From NCBI GenBank assembly GCA_963843555.1, contig CAWJKV010000003.1, positions 229,800-293,799 on the forward strand: DNA of 64,000 nucleotides, read 5' to 3'. This DNA comes from an uncultured Methanosarcinales archaeon (GTDB lineage Archaea > Halobacteriota > Methanosarcinia > Methanotrichales > Methanotrichaceae). A model generated the notes under the pieces. It ran no database searches. It saw nothing but the letters and a program-made list of their open reading frames with translations, and had not been told where the DNA came from. Positions 43,971 to 54,948 of the stretch are shown here, in pieces. Position 1 is the stretch's first letter. Every line of letters begins with the position of its first letter. A program made the translations under genes and the position numbers.

Positions 43971-45281
43971 ATGCAGCAAGTCGTGCTTACTATAGGTGGC
44001 TCGGATTCGGGAGGCGGAGCCGGAATCCAGGCAGACCTCAAGACATTCTCAGTCCTGGGATTGCATGGAACCTCTGCCATCACGGCCATTACCGCCCAAA
44101 ACACTCTTGGTGTGCAGCATGTATTTGGGCTGGAGCCGGAGATAGTTTCGGCGCAGCTCAAGTCTATTACGGATGATTTCTCCGTCGCCTATGCCAAGAC
44201 GGGCATGCTCCATTCGGCAGAGATCGTCGTCGTGGTGGCAGATCACCTCCGAAGGACAGGGATTCCCTTCGTCCTGGACCCGGTGATCGAGGCGGAGGCG
44301 GGCGGCAGGCTGCTTCGACCCGAGGCGGTGGAAGCCGTAAAAGAGCATCTTCTTCCCCTGGCCAGAGTTGCGACACCCAACATCTTCGAGGCAGAGGCTC
44401 TGACGGGAATTCGGGTTCGCGACATGGATAGCGCAAATCTTGCCGCCCAGAAGATCCTGGGTCTAGGATCCAGGGCTGTAATTGTCAAAGGAGGGCATCT
44501 GGACTGCACTGATCTATTGGCGGAAGGGTTTATGGTCTGCCATCTTTCGTCAGAGAGGGTCGAAGGCCAGAATCATGGCGTAGGGTGCACCTTTTCTGCG
44601 GCATTAACCTCCTATCTCGCCATGGGCTGTTCTCTGAAAGAGGCGGCCCATAAAGGCCAAGGAGTTCGTAAAAAGGGCTCTACGCGGGAGCTTTCATGTG
44701 GGAAAGGGGGTCGGGCCGGTGAACCAGGCCGCGTTCCTGCGGGAAGAGGCGAGTCGCTACCATGTTTTATGCGATATCCGAGATGCCGTGGATCTGCTGG
44801 GGAATGAACTGAAGATCTTCGAAGTGGTTTTGGATATGGGATCAAATCTAGGCATGGCCATTCCGGGCGCTGCAACGCCTGACGACGTGGCCTCTGTGGA
44901 AGGAGGGCTGGTGAAAGATGGAAAACGGGTGCGCCCGTCAGGCTGCATCAGGTTTGGGACTACATAGCGATATTGCCTGCATCATCCTGGCAGCAATGAG
45001 GTTTGAATCCTCGGGCCAGAGCGGCCATGAATCTGAGCCCGTAGGCCCTGCCTGCCTGTAAGGCCCTGGGTCTGGTGATAATGGAGTTGAATCGGTTTGC
45101 CGATTGGGAAGCAGATACCGACATTGAGGCCTCAGGTCTGCTGCCTGATGTGATCCTGGTCGAGGGTGCCCCGGGGGAAGGGCCCAGGCTGTATCTATTG
45201 GGAGCTTCCGCCACTCTGCTGGCTCGGAAGGGCAGCAGGTCTGGCACGTGGCTTGGAGGATCGGAAGATATAAATTGGTGA
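43971..45281 (+). CDS. thiD: Bifunctional ThiD-ThiN (HMP-P kinase/thiamine-phosphate synthase); frameshifts and an in-frame TAG in the ThiN part
   Basis: [33 protein letters not shown]; ThiN motifs GSNLGMA, RFG..S and AAMNL. Confidence 0.85.
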
Positions 45282-45323
45282 AGCAAGGATGCACAAAGGA
45301 TTGTTCTAGCTGGAGTGTTGATT

Positions 45324-45542
45324 ATGGGAAGTGTAAAACCTAGTTATATCAAGAATTTCGCAATGGATCTGTTGAGGACTTACGAGAGCTTATTTAGCCC
45401 TGACTTTGAACAAAATAAGCTAATAGTATCTGAGTACACTGACATCAAGAATAAGACCATCCGCAACCGCGTGGCCGGCTACATATCCAATGTGATGAGG
45501 CAGAGGAGCACTCGCAGAGGAGAGGTCGAGGTTGATGTTTAG
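45324..45542 (+). CDS. rps17e: 30S ribosomal protein S17e
   Basis: MGSVKPSYIK...FEQNK...KTIRNRVAGYI. Confidence 0.93.
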   Translation: MGSVKPSYIKNFAMDLLRTYESLFSPDFEQNKLIVSEYTDIKNKTIRNRVAGYISNVMRQRSTRRGEVEVDV

Positions 45543-46410
45543 CGGTGTGTTTCCTGCATTAATCACGCCATTCAAAGAAGACGAAAGCCTGGATGAGGAG
45601 GGACTGAAGAGGAACATCGAGTACCTGAGTAAAACAGGCATAGCAGGCATTGTTCCCTGCGGCACCACTGGTGAATCGGCCACTTTGACCTTTGAAGAGC
45701 ATAAAAAAGTGGTTGAGATTGCCGTGGAGGCTTCAAAGGTGCCGGTAATTGCCGGTACAGGCTCCAATAATACCCGTGAAGCTCTGGAGCTGACCCGTCA
45801 CGCAGCAAGAGCAGGCGCAAACGCTGCTCTTTTGATCACGCCGTACTACAATAAACCCAACGATCGCGGCATGTTCGAGCACTTCAAGACCATCGCTGAG
45901 AAGTGCGACATTCCCATTGTGCTTTATAACGTTCCCAAGAGGACCGGAATCGACCTCAAACCGGAATTGGTGGCAAAACTGTCCAGGGTAAAGAATATCG
46001 TGGCCATAAAAGAAGCCAGCGGAAGCCTATCTCAAATGTCTCAAATCATCGAGCAGACCAAAGGGAGCGATTTCTCATTGCTCTCGGGAGATGACGATTT
46101 GACACTGCCTGCCATGGCTCTGGGAGCTCGTGGTGTAGTCTCGGTGGTGGCTAACGTTGCACCGCGCAAGACCGTGGCCATGGTGGATGCCATGGCTAAG
46201 GGAGACCTGGAAAAGGCCAGATCGCTGCACTATGAGCTGGCACCCCTGGTTCGGGCCATGTTCCTGGAGACCAATCCCATTCCTGTGAAGACCTCTCACA
46301 AATACATCGGGCTAGCTGACGGCCCATTGCGTCTTCCTCTGGCGCCAATGGCTGCGGAGAAAGAGAAGATCCTGAAAGATATCCTGGAAAAACTGGGCGA
46401 AAAAGCATGA
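45532..46410 (+). CDS. dapA: 4-hydroxy-tetrahydrodipicolinate synthase
   Basis: ALITPF, CGTTGE, TPYYNKP, LYNVP and IKEASG. Confidence 0.96.
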   Translation: MMFSGVFPALITPFKEDESLDEEGLKRNIEYLSKTGIAGIVPCGTTGESATLTFEEHKKVVEIAVEASKVPVIAGTGSNNTREALELTRHAARAGANAALLITPYYNKPNDRGMFEHFKTIAEKCDIPIVLYNVPKRTGIDLKPELVAKLSRVKNIVAIKEASGSLSQMSQIIEQTKGSDFSLLSGDDDLTLPAMALGARGVVSVVANVAPRKTVAMVDAMAKGDLEKARSLHYELAPLVRAMFLETNPIPVKTSHKYIGLADGPLRLPLAPMAAEKEKILKDILEKLGEKA

Positions 46411-47183
46411 CTCGCATTGCGGTTACCGGAGCTCTGGGACGCATGGGCACCCTGGTCATCCAGGAGGCTGCCAAAGTGGAAGGCATGCAGCTGGTGGCAG
46501 GCCTGGATGCCGTTGGTGCCGGAAAACCGCTCCTGGGCGGCATTCTGGCCACGGATGTATCGCAAATGGAGTCGGTCTTGAGAGAGACCAAACCCGATGT
46601 TCTCATCGACTTTACCATTGCCAAAGCGGCAGTTGAAAACGTACGCACGGCTGCGGCTCTTGGAATCGACCTGGTGGTGGGAACCACGGGCTTTTCCCCT
46701 GATCAGCATTCCCAGATGAAAGAGGCAATAGATGGCCATGTGGCAGCAGTGATATCGCCCAATTTCATGGTGGGGGTTAACCTCTTCTGGAAGCTGGTAG
46801 CAGACTGCGCCGCGGCCCTCAAGGATTACGACTACGACATCGAGATCATTGAAGCCCATCACAATCAAAAGAAAGATGCGCCCAGCGGCACCGCTCTGGC
46901 CACAGTTGATGCGATAAAGAAGGCCCGGGGCGAGATGGATGTCGTTTATGGCAGGAAAGGCATCATGCCGCGGGGAAAGGAGATTGGTGTGCATGCCGTG
47001 CGGGGTGGAGATATCGTCGGTGATCATACTGTGCTCTTCGCAGGACCCGGCGAGAGGCTGGAGATAAAGCACCAGGCTCACAGCAGAACCGCTTTCGCTA
47101 GCGGAGCAGTGCGAGCCAGTCAATGGGTGGCCGGCAAAGAACCCGGAATTTACAGCATGGCGGATGTCCTGAAATCAAGATGA
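46407..47183 (+). CDS. dapB: 4-hydroxy-tetrahydrodipicolinate reductase
   Basis: GALGRMG, VGTTG and EAHHNQKKDAPSGTA. Confidence 0.96.
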   Translation: MTRIAVTGALGRMGTLVIQEAAKVEGMQLVAGLDAVGAGKPLLGGILATDVSQMESVLRETKPDVLIDFTIAKAAVENVRTAAALGIDLVVGTTGFSPDQHSQMKEAIDGHVAAVISPNFMVGVNLFWKLVADCAAALKDYDYDIEIIEAHHNQKKDAPSGTALATVDAIKKARGEMDVVYGRKGIMPRGKEIGVHAVRGGDIVGDHTVLFAGPGERLEIKHQAHSRTAFASGAVRASQWVAGKEPGIYSMADVLKSR

Positions 47184-47605
47184 ATCAATTGGAGGAGAAA
47201 AGCTTCGCCCTTCTCTTCGAAGGAAAACGGCTGGATCCGGTTTCAATGGATCGAAACATGGTCGGCTTTTGCAGCAAATGCGACTCTGATCTGGAGAGCT
47301 TGGCTTATCACTCTATTGAGTCGGGCTGGCTGGTCTCGGCGCGCTGCCAGAAAGAGCACCTGGTTCTGCTCCGCTACGACAAAGAATGGAACTGGCTGGG
47401 TGACCTGGAGCTGCAGATAGCCCAGGAGAAAATAAGCATCGGCGAACTCTCCAGGGAGAAGCTGGAGGCGGTCTTCACGCAGGCTGAGATCAGAGATATG
47501 CTAGCCTGCCAGCAGGGCTTGCCCTATATCCGGCAAAACGTTTATCGCGCCAGGGCGAAGTACGAAAAATTCGAGAAGCTATTTGGGATAAAGATAGATA
47601 TCTGA
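47180..47605 (+). CDS. Hypothetical protein with CxxC (possible Zn ribbon)
   Basis: ATGA overlap with dapB stop; FCSKC...RC..EH. Confidence 0.65.
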   Translation: MNQLEEKSFALLFEGKRLDPVSMDRNMVGFCSKCDSDLESLAYHSIESGWLVSARCQKEHLVLLRYDKEWNWLGDLELQIAQEKISIGELSREKLEAVFTQAEIRDMLACQQGLPYIRQNVYRARAKYEKFEKLFGIKIDI

Positions 47606-47801
47606 GTAGGGATTCCTATTATCTACTGAAAGAGGAAACGATTTCGAGAATGGAGTGATCAGATCTCAATCCAGGTCAACCCTAGACCATCTTTCAGTAA
47701 ATACCGGAAAACAAATAGACGGCAGTATTGAATTCAAACACCAATTTTATCTATTGGATTTGATGGACAGGGAGAGAAATAACATATTTGGGAAGAAATG
47801 A

Positions 47802-48941
47802 ATGGTTACTCCAGCCTGGTCCCCCCGCTTCACCCTCACTCCAGCCATCGCCCGCGGCCTGATGCAGATCGAGGCAGCCCGAGCTTTAGTGGACCACACG
47901 CCCCTGCCGCCAACAGCCGAGGCCGAGCTTCGGGCGCACGCCCGAGTGCGGGCGGTGCACTACTCAACCTTCATTGAAGGAAACCGTCTCACTATGGCCC
48001 AGGCAAAGGCGGTAATGGCCGACCCAAAGGTGCAAATTGCCGGCCGGGAGCGGGACGTCTCCGAGGTTCGAAACTACTGGAACGCCCTCCTGCGCATTGA
48101 GGAGTGGGCCGAAAAGAAAAAGCCTCTCACCGAGGAGCTGATCAAAAGGCTGCACGTCCTGGTGGAGAATGGCCCCCGAGCTAGGCCCACCCCCTACCGG
48201 GAAGGCCAGAATGCCATCAAGAACAGCGCAACAGGCACTTTGATCTACCTGCCGCCGGAGGCAAAGGACGTCCCAGCCCTCATGGCCTCTTTGGTGGCCT
48301 GGACCGCCGAGGCCGAAAGATCCGGGCTGCCCGTTCCCCTCATCGCCGGACTGGTCCACTACCAGTTCGTGACCATCCACCCCTATTACGACGGCAACGG
48401 CCGCACAGCTCGCCTGCTTGCCACCTTCATCCTGCACAAAGGCGGCTACGGCCTGAACGGCTTTTTCTCCCTGGAGGAGCACCACGCCCGCGACCTGCCG
48501 GGCTACTATCAGGCTCTGACCGTCCATCCGCACCATAACTACTATTTTGGCAGAGGCGAGGCCGATCTAACGCCCTGGCTGGAGTACTTCATCTCCACCT
48601 TGGCCGCGGTCTTTGAGGCCGTCCGTCTCAGCGCCCAAAAGTGCGCCGCAGATGGCCTGCAGGCCGAGCCGGAAGAGCTGCGCCGCCTGGATCATCGGGC
48701 AAGGGTAGTGCTCGGCCTCTTTGCCGGAAAAGAGACCATCACCGCTCCCCTGGTGGCCGCCGAGCTGGGCCTCTCCGAGCGCATGGCCAGAAACCTTCTA
48801 AAAGATTGGGTGGAAGCCGGATGGCTGGAGATTACGAATCCATCCCGCCGCGCCCGATCCTACAGTTTATCGGCAAAATATCGGCAATACGTCGGCAGCT
48901 TATCGGCAATAGTTCAGGGAGTAGAGAAAAACGAGCAGTGA
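47802..48941 (+). CDS. Fic family protein with C-terminal winged HTH
   Basis: HPYYDGNGRTAR Fic motif; STFIEGN inhibitory motif; C-terminal HTH. Confidence 0.92.
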   Translation: MVTPAWSPRFTLTPAIARGLMQIEAARALVDHTPLPPTAEAELRAHARVRAVHYSTFIEGNRLTMAQAKAVMADPKVQIAGRERDVSEVRNYWNALLRIEEWAEKKKPLTEELIKRLHVLVENGPRARPTPYREGQNAIKNSATGTLIYLPPEAKDVPALMASLVAWTAEAERSGLPVPLIAGLVHYQFVTIHPYYDGNGRTARLLATFILHKGGYGLNGFFSLEEHHARDLPGYYQALTVHPHHNYYFGRGEADLTPWLEYFISTLAAVFEAVRLSAQKCAADGLQAEPEELRRLDHRARVVLGLFAGKETITAPLVAAELGLSERMARNLLKDWVEAGWLEITNPSRRARSYSLSAKYRQYVGSLSAIVQGVEKNEQ

Positions 48942-49030
48942 GTACAACGATTATTCCGAAGAATGCGTTGGCGAGGAGAAAGGAAGCTCATCCCAGTGCT
49001 GCTTACTGGAATCTGCCCTTTGAACAAATT

Positions 49031-49112
49031 CTAAGGCAGCTCCAGATTAGTCCAGGAGGGCTCCACCTTGCGCATCAGACCGCACTCAAAGCAATCAGCG
49101 ATATTCTTTCAA
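49031..49112 (-). pseudogene. Truncated HEPN-toxin-like N-terminus
   Basis: KNIADCFECGLMRKVEPSWTNLELP* overlaps the end of the nucleotidyltransferase gene, the usual position of the HEPN partner. Confidence 0.45.
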
Positions 49113-49637
49113 TAGGCTCACCTTCAGCGTTACTGAATTCAGAACCAGGGAATTATAGAAGGGCTTATCCTCTTTCTTGAGCCTCTCAAGCTTTTCGGGC
49201 GTCAGCACCAGCAGATTGACTTCGCTGTCAGCCTGCTGGCTCAAATCCCTCTGCAGCCTCGCTAACATGCTCTCCGGAGGCAGGCTATCTGCTCTTATCC
49301 AAACATCCAGATCGCTTTCCTGGTGATTCGTGCCCCTGGCCCAGCTTCCGTAAAGGCCCATGCCCCTGGCAGAGCCCAGGAAAGAGCCGAGAGGTCTATT
49401 CTCTCCAGATTGAGCAGGAGTTTGACGGCCCGAAAAAGAGCTCCATCATAAGGAGAATACTCTCGACCCTCCTTTTGCAGCAAATCATGCATCTCCAGGA
49501 GGCGCAGATAGCGAGAAACAAGCCCTTTGGTAACTTCTGTGGCCCTCGAAACTTCGGCCACGCTGAAGGAACTGCGAAACATCACATATTGCAGGACCCT
49601 GGCCCGCTCCTCTGTCTTGAAACAGCTCAGTGAGCAT
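49095..49637 (-). CDS. HTH plus minimal nucleotidyltransferase (MNT/MntA-like antitoxin; frameshifted)
   Basis: N-terminal HTH (SVAEVSRATEVTKGLVSRYL) and GLYGSWARG...SDLDVWI polbeta motif. Confidence 0.8.
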
Positions 49638-49773
49638 GCATAGCATTGTGTTTACATGCTATAAACATTTTGTTTATGATCTGAAAACAATTAGTTTACA
49701 GGGGGAACTTGCATGCTGTCATCGGTCTCCTGCCTGTACTGGGCGCACCAGGTCTATCTCGAAGGGGCCTCTC

Positions 49774-50095
49774 TCACCTACCGCCTTGCACCACCTGTCC
49801 CTTCGCCAACTGTGTTGCCTCGTGCAGCAGCAATTCCTTTTGCAGCAACTCCACCAGATACTCAGCCACCCAGATCCCCCCTGTCGAGCTGCAGCAGCTC
49901 TATATGCTCCCGATTCTTCTCGCCGCATAGTATCAGGTCGATGGACGGCTCCTGCAAGATAAACACCTCTCGGAGTGCATTGTTGCGTTTCCAGCGGAGA
50001 ACTTCGTCTTTGACGCTGGTATAACTTATTTTATGACCCATCCTAGAAGAGAAGCTCACATATTCTTTTGGTTGTGAGTCGTTGTTTTTTTGCAT
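49774..50095 (-). CDS. Hypothetical protein (possibly degraded)
   Basis: ORF 49862-50095 continues after a G-run shift as VAEYLVELLQKELLLHE...GGR*. Confidence 0.3.
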
Positions 50096-50337
50096 ACAGG
50101 TCGATGATTTCTACGTACATCTGCCATCGTTTTCACATTACTGCCCCACATCTCGGATGCTTGAAGAGGAAGGCTTTCCTTCTTTGGGGTTAAAAAACGA
50201 ATCTGCGTTTCCTTAAAGGGGGGGGTCAAAATTGAGTCGGCGAAAACAGCTCTCCGCAAAATATCGCAAAATCCTTGGAGGAATTTCCCCTCTAAAATCT
50301 GGCGAAAAAAAGTAGGTTTCCTGTCAGTGCTGGCGGC

Positions 50338-51525
50338 TCACAGGAAACGATATGCTATGGGGCAGTTTACGACTATGCCCACAGAGCCGAATGCTCCTCC
50401 CGCAGGCCCGGTGATCCAGCCTTTCTCGGCCATTCCCAGAATCTGGAACTCCTCGATCATTCTGGACCTGTAACCGTTGTCAATGGCGTCCGTTGTCCAC
50501 ATGCCCAAGTTCATGTCCCACAATGGGCTGTAGTCTGTAGCAACAGTGGGAATACCACCCAGGACGTTAAGCGGTGACTCGCCGTCCACTATCGCACTGT
50601 TCAAACCCTGACGCTGCGGGTTGTCTTTACCCATCGGACCGTTGATGAAGACGAAGATCCTCTCAATCGCGCTGAAGGCGCTATCATCGCCGCCTACAGG
50701 TATGTCTTTCATCGCCGGGGCAAAGGTCGCACCTTCCAGGGTGGCGGCCAATGGATCACTGGCATCGGTGCTGAGGTAGAGCACGGGTTTTGCGAAGCTG
50801 AAGCCCTGCGTGAGCTTCAGAGTGACCGTCATACCCTCAGGATCGATGCTCACGACTTTATCTTCCACCTTACTGTAGTCCGGGTTGCCGTCGGGGAACG
50901 AGATCTCACTGGCATCTACATCGAATGCGATCATGGGTGCATTGTAGATGTGGCCCCCCGCATTTTCGATGCGGACCAGCGGACTGTAGTCTTCATCTCC
51001 TATCGATCCCGGTGTGGCGTTCTTGGGCGGGAATGGGTTGGGCTCATCGCCAGGGACAAGGCTTCTCTCTGAATTGAAATCCACCGTGCCACTGTCAAAT
51101 GTCAGCGTGGCATTCTTCTCCAGAGTTGCTGTGCGTGCTCCTTTGCCCACTGCCGCATAGGTCAGCTTTGCAGCATAGTTCAGGCCAAGTGCATCTGCAT
51201 TGCCCTTATCGTCGGTGTCTGTCAGTATGTACCAGACTTTTCTGCCGTCCGTCATCTGCCCCTGGTAAAGCGGCAGGGTTATCGTACCTGCGTTCAGATC
51301 GATCATTCCGGATTTCAACAGTTGATAAGGACCGACCAGTTCACGTTGAACTGTTGAAGGTGCAGGCCCAAAGTAAGTTAACGGTACATCTGCGCCAATC
51401 GATGGCGGTGCCGGTGCCACGCTATCTGATTCAACTGCCACTCCTTGCATTTCCTGCGCAAAGGCGGAGGTGCTCAAGAGCACAATAGCTGCCAGCACCA
51501 GAACGAAATAAATCTTTGGTCTCAT
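50338..51525 (-). CDS. Secreted acidic Pro/Gly-rich hypothetical protein
   Basis: Signal peptide ending AFA; duplicated DYSPL motif; intact 395-aa ORF. Confidence 0.8.
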   Translation of the reverse strand: MRPKIYFVLVLAAIVLLSTSAFAQEMQGVAVESDSVAPAPPSIGADVPLTYFGPAPSTVQRELVGPYQLLKSGMIDLNAGTITLPLYQGQMTDGRKVWYILTDTDDKGNADALGLNYAAKLTYAAVGKGARTATLEKNATLTFDSGTVDFNSERSLVPGDEPNPFPPKNATPGSIGDEDYSPLVRIENAGGHIYNAPMIAFDVDASEISFPDGNPDYSKVEDKVVSIDPEGMTVTLKLTQGFSFAKPVLYLSTDASDPLAATLEGATFAPAMKDIPVGGDDSAFSAIERIFVFINGPMGKDNPQRQGLNSAIVDGESPLNVLGGIPTVATDYSPLWDMNLGMWTTDAIDNGYRSRMIEEFQILGMAEKGWITGPAGGAFGSVGIVVNCPIAYRFL

Positions 51526-52094
51526 AAGTCTACCCTTTTATTATATCTGTTTATTCGCAATACATTCGCAATACTATACAGGAGACGTAGGAAAATTCAT
51601 TATCTCCATAGAACATCATAATCTGCCCCAATCCTATTTAATTATTCGCTTCTGCACAACCAGCAATTATAGTTGCTTGCAGCTCATGGAATCTTTCAGC
51701 CATAAAGCTCCTTCAGCCTTCAGCCATATCTAGCGAGGACGCTATTGCACCAGCGAATTGAGAAAATGCCTCAAGAAGAGCCTATTGAATACTACTCGCA
51801 TTAGCTGATAGACGATCTCCGGAATACCTCTCAGGCTACTGTGCAATTACCCAGGCCCCTGCCATTGCCATATGCGATCCCTGCCCTGTAATTTACGAAC
51901 GCAATCCGCTTCTCTCTGGCAGATGGCCGACGTCATCGTGGCAAAAGATGTATGCTGCATACTATGATAGGCCGTATCTATCATTTTCCCTTTAAAAAGG
52001 CAAAGCGTACTATAATTGCACCTAATCGGCATACTGCGGTTTCTTATATCTAAGAAATGTGAGCTTAGGACGCATATCTCACTTCAGCTCTTTC

Positions 52095-52940
52095 CTAATC
52101 CGCCGCCATCCTCTCGTAGACCTTCTCCATCATCGCCATCGGCGACACAGCGTTCATATTCAGCCCCAGCTCATCCGGCCCGAGGCCGAGGGCGATGCCC
52201 ACCAGTTGTGTCACATAGAGCACAGGAATCTCTATCTTCGTGCCGTGCTTCTGCTCCAGAGACCTCTGCTTGGCGTCGAGCATGAGCTGGCAGAGAGGGC
52301 ACACAGTCACGATGACCTCAGCCCCTGATTTCTTGGCCTCAGCAAGAATCCTGAAGGCGATGTCATCCGCGGCCGTCTCCTGGGACATGAAGATGGGCCC
52401 GCCGCAGCAGAAGGTCTTGAGCCGGAAATCGATAGGGTCCGCCTGCAGAGTCTTGATCAATTTTTCCAGGATGGTGGGAAACTCCGGACTGTAGATGCCC
52501 ACTGGTCGCGTGAGCAGGCAGCCGTAATAGGGCGCAACCTTCAGTCCTTTAAGGGGCACCACTATCCTTTCGTCGTTCTCGGCCAAAGCCTCCAGGATGA
52601 CGTCCAGTGCATGCCGGATTCTGGCTCCGCTGTACTTCTTATCGAGGACAGCGTTCACCTTTTTTCGGGTTTCGAGATCCTCCAGATTCAGAACGGCCGT
52701 CCGAAGGTTGCTATAGCAGATCGAGCAGGCGGTCATGATATCGAGGTCCGTCTGAGCCATGTTGCGGGCGGCAAGGCCCGTGGCGACCAATTCATTGGAA
52801 ACGTGCGTCGCACCGCAGCAGTTCCAGTCCTCCAGCTCTTCCAGCTCTATGCCCAGGGCTCTGCAGACGGCCCGGGTGGAGACGTCCATATCCTTTCCCG
52901 TCGACCGGGAGACGCAGCCTGGATAGTAAGCCAGCTTCAT
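52095..52940 (-). CDS. hdrB: Heterodisulfide reductase subunit B
   Basis: YYPGC, WNCCGA, YYGCLL, CCGG and TVCPLC CCG domains. Confidence 0.93.
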   Translation of the reverse strand: MKLAYYPGCVSRSTGKDMDVSTRAVCRALGIELEELEDWNCCGATHVSNELVATGLAARNMAQTDLDIMTACSICYSNLRTAVLNLEDLETRKKVNAVLDKKYSGARIRHALDVILEALAENDERIVVPLKGLKVAPYYGCLLTRPVGIYSPEFPTILEKLIKTLQADPIDFRLKTFCCGGPIFMSQETAADDIAFRILAEAKKSGAEVIVTVCPLCQLMLDAKQRSLEQKHGTKIEIPVLYVTQLVGIALGLGPDELGLNMNAVSPMAMMEKVYERMAAD

Positions 52941-53461
52941 TTGCTTAACTCCTCGACGATTCTTTTGACCTCATCCCGGCCCCGGATTTTTTCGACCACC
53001 AGGCTGATCTTTCCTTTGGGAGCGAGCTCGAGGCCCATCTGCATGGACTGCACCGCCCCCTGGGGAAATACGAGCAGGAACTCGCCGGTGAGGGGAAGCT
53101 CGCTGATCCGGCCGAAATCCCTGATCTGCTTTGTGAAAAGCTGCTCGTAGGCCAGATCCTTGCCAGGGACGCTCTCTCGTTCCGCCAGAAATTTCAGTGC
53201 AGAGACGACGGCTTTGGGCCGGATGCCCCGTGGGCAGCGCACAGTGCATAGAAGGCAGGAGGTGCACAGCCCCAGTGTATCGTTATGCAGAGCCTCCTCT
53301 TTCTTTCCCTCCAGGCAGAGCTTGATCAATTTTCGGATGCTGGGATTCATAAGATTGGCCGTTGGACAGCTGGCGGAGCAGGTGCCACACTGAAAGCAGG
53401 TCAGGACCTCCTGCCCGGCCAGCCGCAGGACTTCACTTTTGAACTCTTCATCCTTTGCCAT
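52937..53461 (-). CDS. hdrC: Heterodisulfide reductase subunit C
   Basis: CFQCGTCSASCP and CTSCLLCTVRCP. Confidence 0.92.
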   Translation of the reverse strand: MAKDEEFKSEVLRLAGQEVLTCFQCGTCSASCPTANLMNPSIRKLIKLCLEGKKEEALHNDTLGLCTSCLLCTVRCPRGIRPKAVVSALKFLAERESVPGKDLAYEQLFTKQIRDFGRISELPLTGEFLLVFPQGAVQSMQMGLELAPKGKISLVVEKIRGRDEVKRIVEELSK

Positions 53462-53463
53462 TT

Positions 53464-54945
53464 TTATTTTGCCTCCGCCGATTCATCTGCCACAGTTGCA
53501 TCCGATGCCGTCGCATTCTCGACAGCCGACTTCTTCGTCTTTTCTTTATGGAGCCGCTCCACGATCTTCATGCTCGCCTGCTCTGCCGTCTCTCGCTCCA
53601 TGATCTGCCTGATCTTGGGCTTTTTGAGCAGAGGCAGGAGAGGCTTCAGGGCCTCGTCCACCAGTTTGAGGAGCTCGGGATCGATCTTTGGGATCTCGGG
53701 CGCAGGCAGAGGCAGACGCTCAATATCAGGCGGAGCTATGGCGCCGCTCACATCCGGCCGCCTGCGCTCGCCTGTCTTAATGGCGGAGATGGCCTCTTTC
53801 CACTCCTCGGCCCAGGGAGTACCCTTTATCTCCGTATGTCTGACATCAGTCCTCTGCACCTCAATGGCCTTGACTGGACAGGCCTTCTCGCAGGCTCCGC
53901 AGAAGATGCACTGGTCCTGGACGGGAGCCGCTTTGCCCCGTTCGTCCACATACCAGCATTTGGCAGGGCAGACATTGAAGCAGGCCTGGCAGCCCAGGGG
54001 ATCGCATCGCACCAGGTTCTTCTCAACGAGCTTTATCTCGCCAACAAAAGGCTTTTTGATCTCCATGGCCTCATATGGACAGACCTGAGAACATCTGCCG
54101 CAGCCGATGCATAGATCCGGATCGATCTCGATCTTTCCCGGGAACTCTTTTTCGGCCTCGGGCACCTCTAAGGGCTCACCCTCCACTTTTATTGCCTCTT
54201 CCGGACAAAGGGGCACACACAGGCCGCAGTAATCGCATAGCTCCTCATCCACAAGCAACTGCTCATAGGGCACCAGATTGCGGGGATCTTTCTCTTTCTC
54301 CCCCTTCTCGACCAGAAGGAAGGCCTTGCAAAATTTTGCACATCTCCCGCAGAGGTTGCATTTCTCCTGATCTATAGAGATCTTGCCTTTTATTCCGGTG
54401 ACGCAGCGGCCCATAGTCCTCGCGGGTCTTGTTGAAGGTCGCTTTGATGGCCTTGGTGGGGCAGACAGGCTCGCAGAGCATGCAGGGCAGGCACTTCTCG
54501 TTGGGCACGGCTTCAGCCACCAGCCTAGGATACTCATCCCGCTTCCTGAAGTCGACTGGCTTTTCTATCGATTCAGCCTCACCTGTCACTTCAGTCTCAC
54601 CTGTCACTTCGGTCATGTCTGTGTTGCTGCAGCGTTTGCCTCTTCGGGCAATGGCTTCTTCTCCAATACCGTCATCTGGAAGGCCTTCAAGGGACAGAAA
54701 TTCACGCACATCCCGCAAAAGACGCAGGCATCCAGGTCAATCAGCACGGGCGGCGCGTCCAAGCCTTTGGCAATCTCCGGCAGGGGCCCCTCCTGCAGGG
54801 CCTTTTTGGGACAGAGCGCGACGCAAATGGAGCACCCAGCGCATTTCTTATAATCATAATCCAGGATCTTCTCACTCTCTGGGGTCTTCTGCCTGGCCAG
54901 GATGTGGGAGCCTTCCACGTCCATATCTTTCTCAATCTCCATCAT
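53464..54945 (-). CDS. Polyferredoxin (FwdF/FmdF-like; frameshifted)
   Basis: Many CxxCxxCxxxCP motifs over three joined ORFs; EVTGET-EVTGEA 18-bp tandem repeat in the linker. Confidence 0.85.
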
Positions 54946-54948
54946 GGC

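Noticed and set aside
49719..49928. Cys/Trp-rich peptide ORF (WWSCCKRNCCC)
   Set aside because: Alternative frame of a Leu/Glu-rich helical segment (ctg/ttg codons read off-frame).
54577..54614. 18-bp tandem repeat
   Set aside because: Simple linker duplication within the polyferredoxin.
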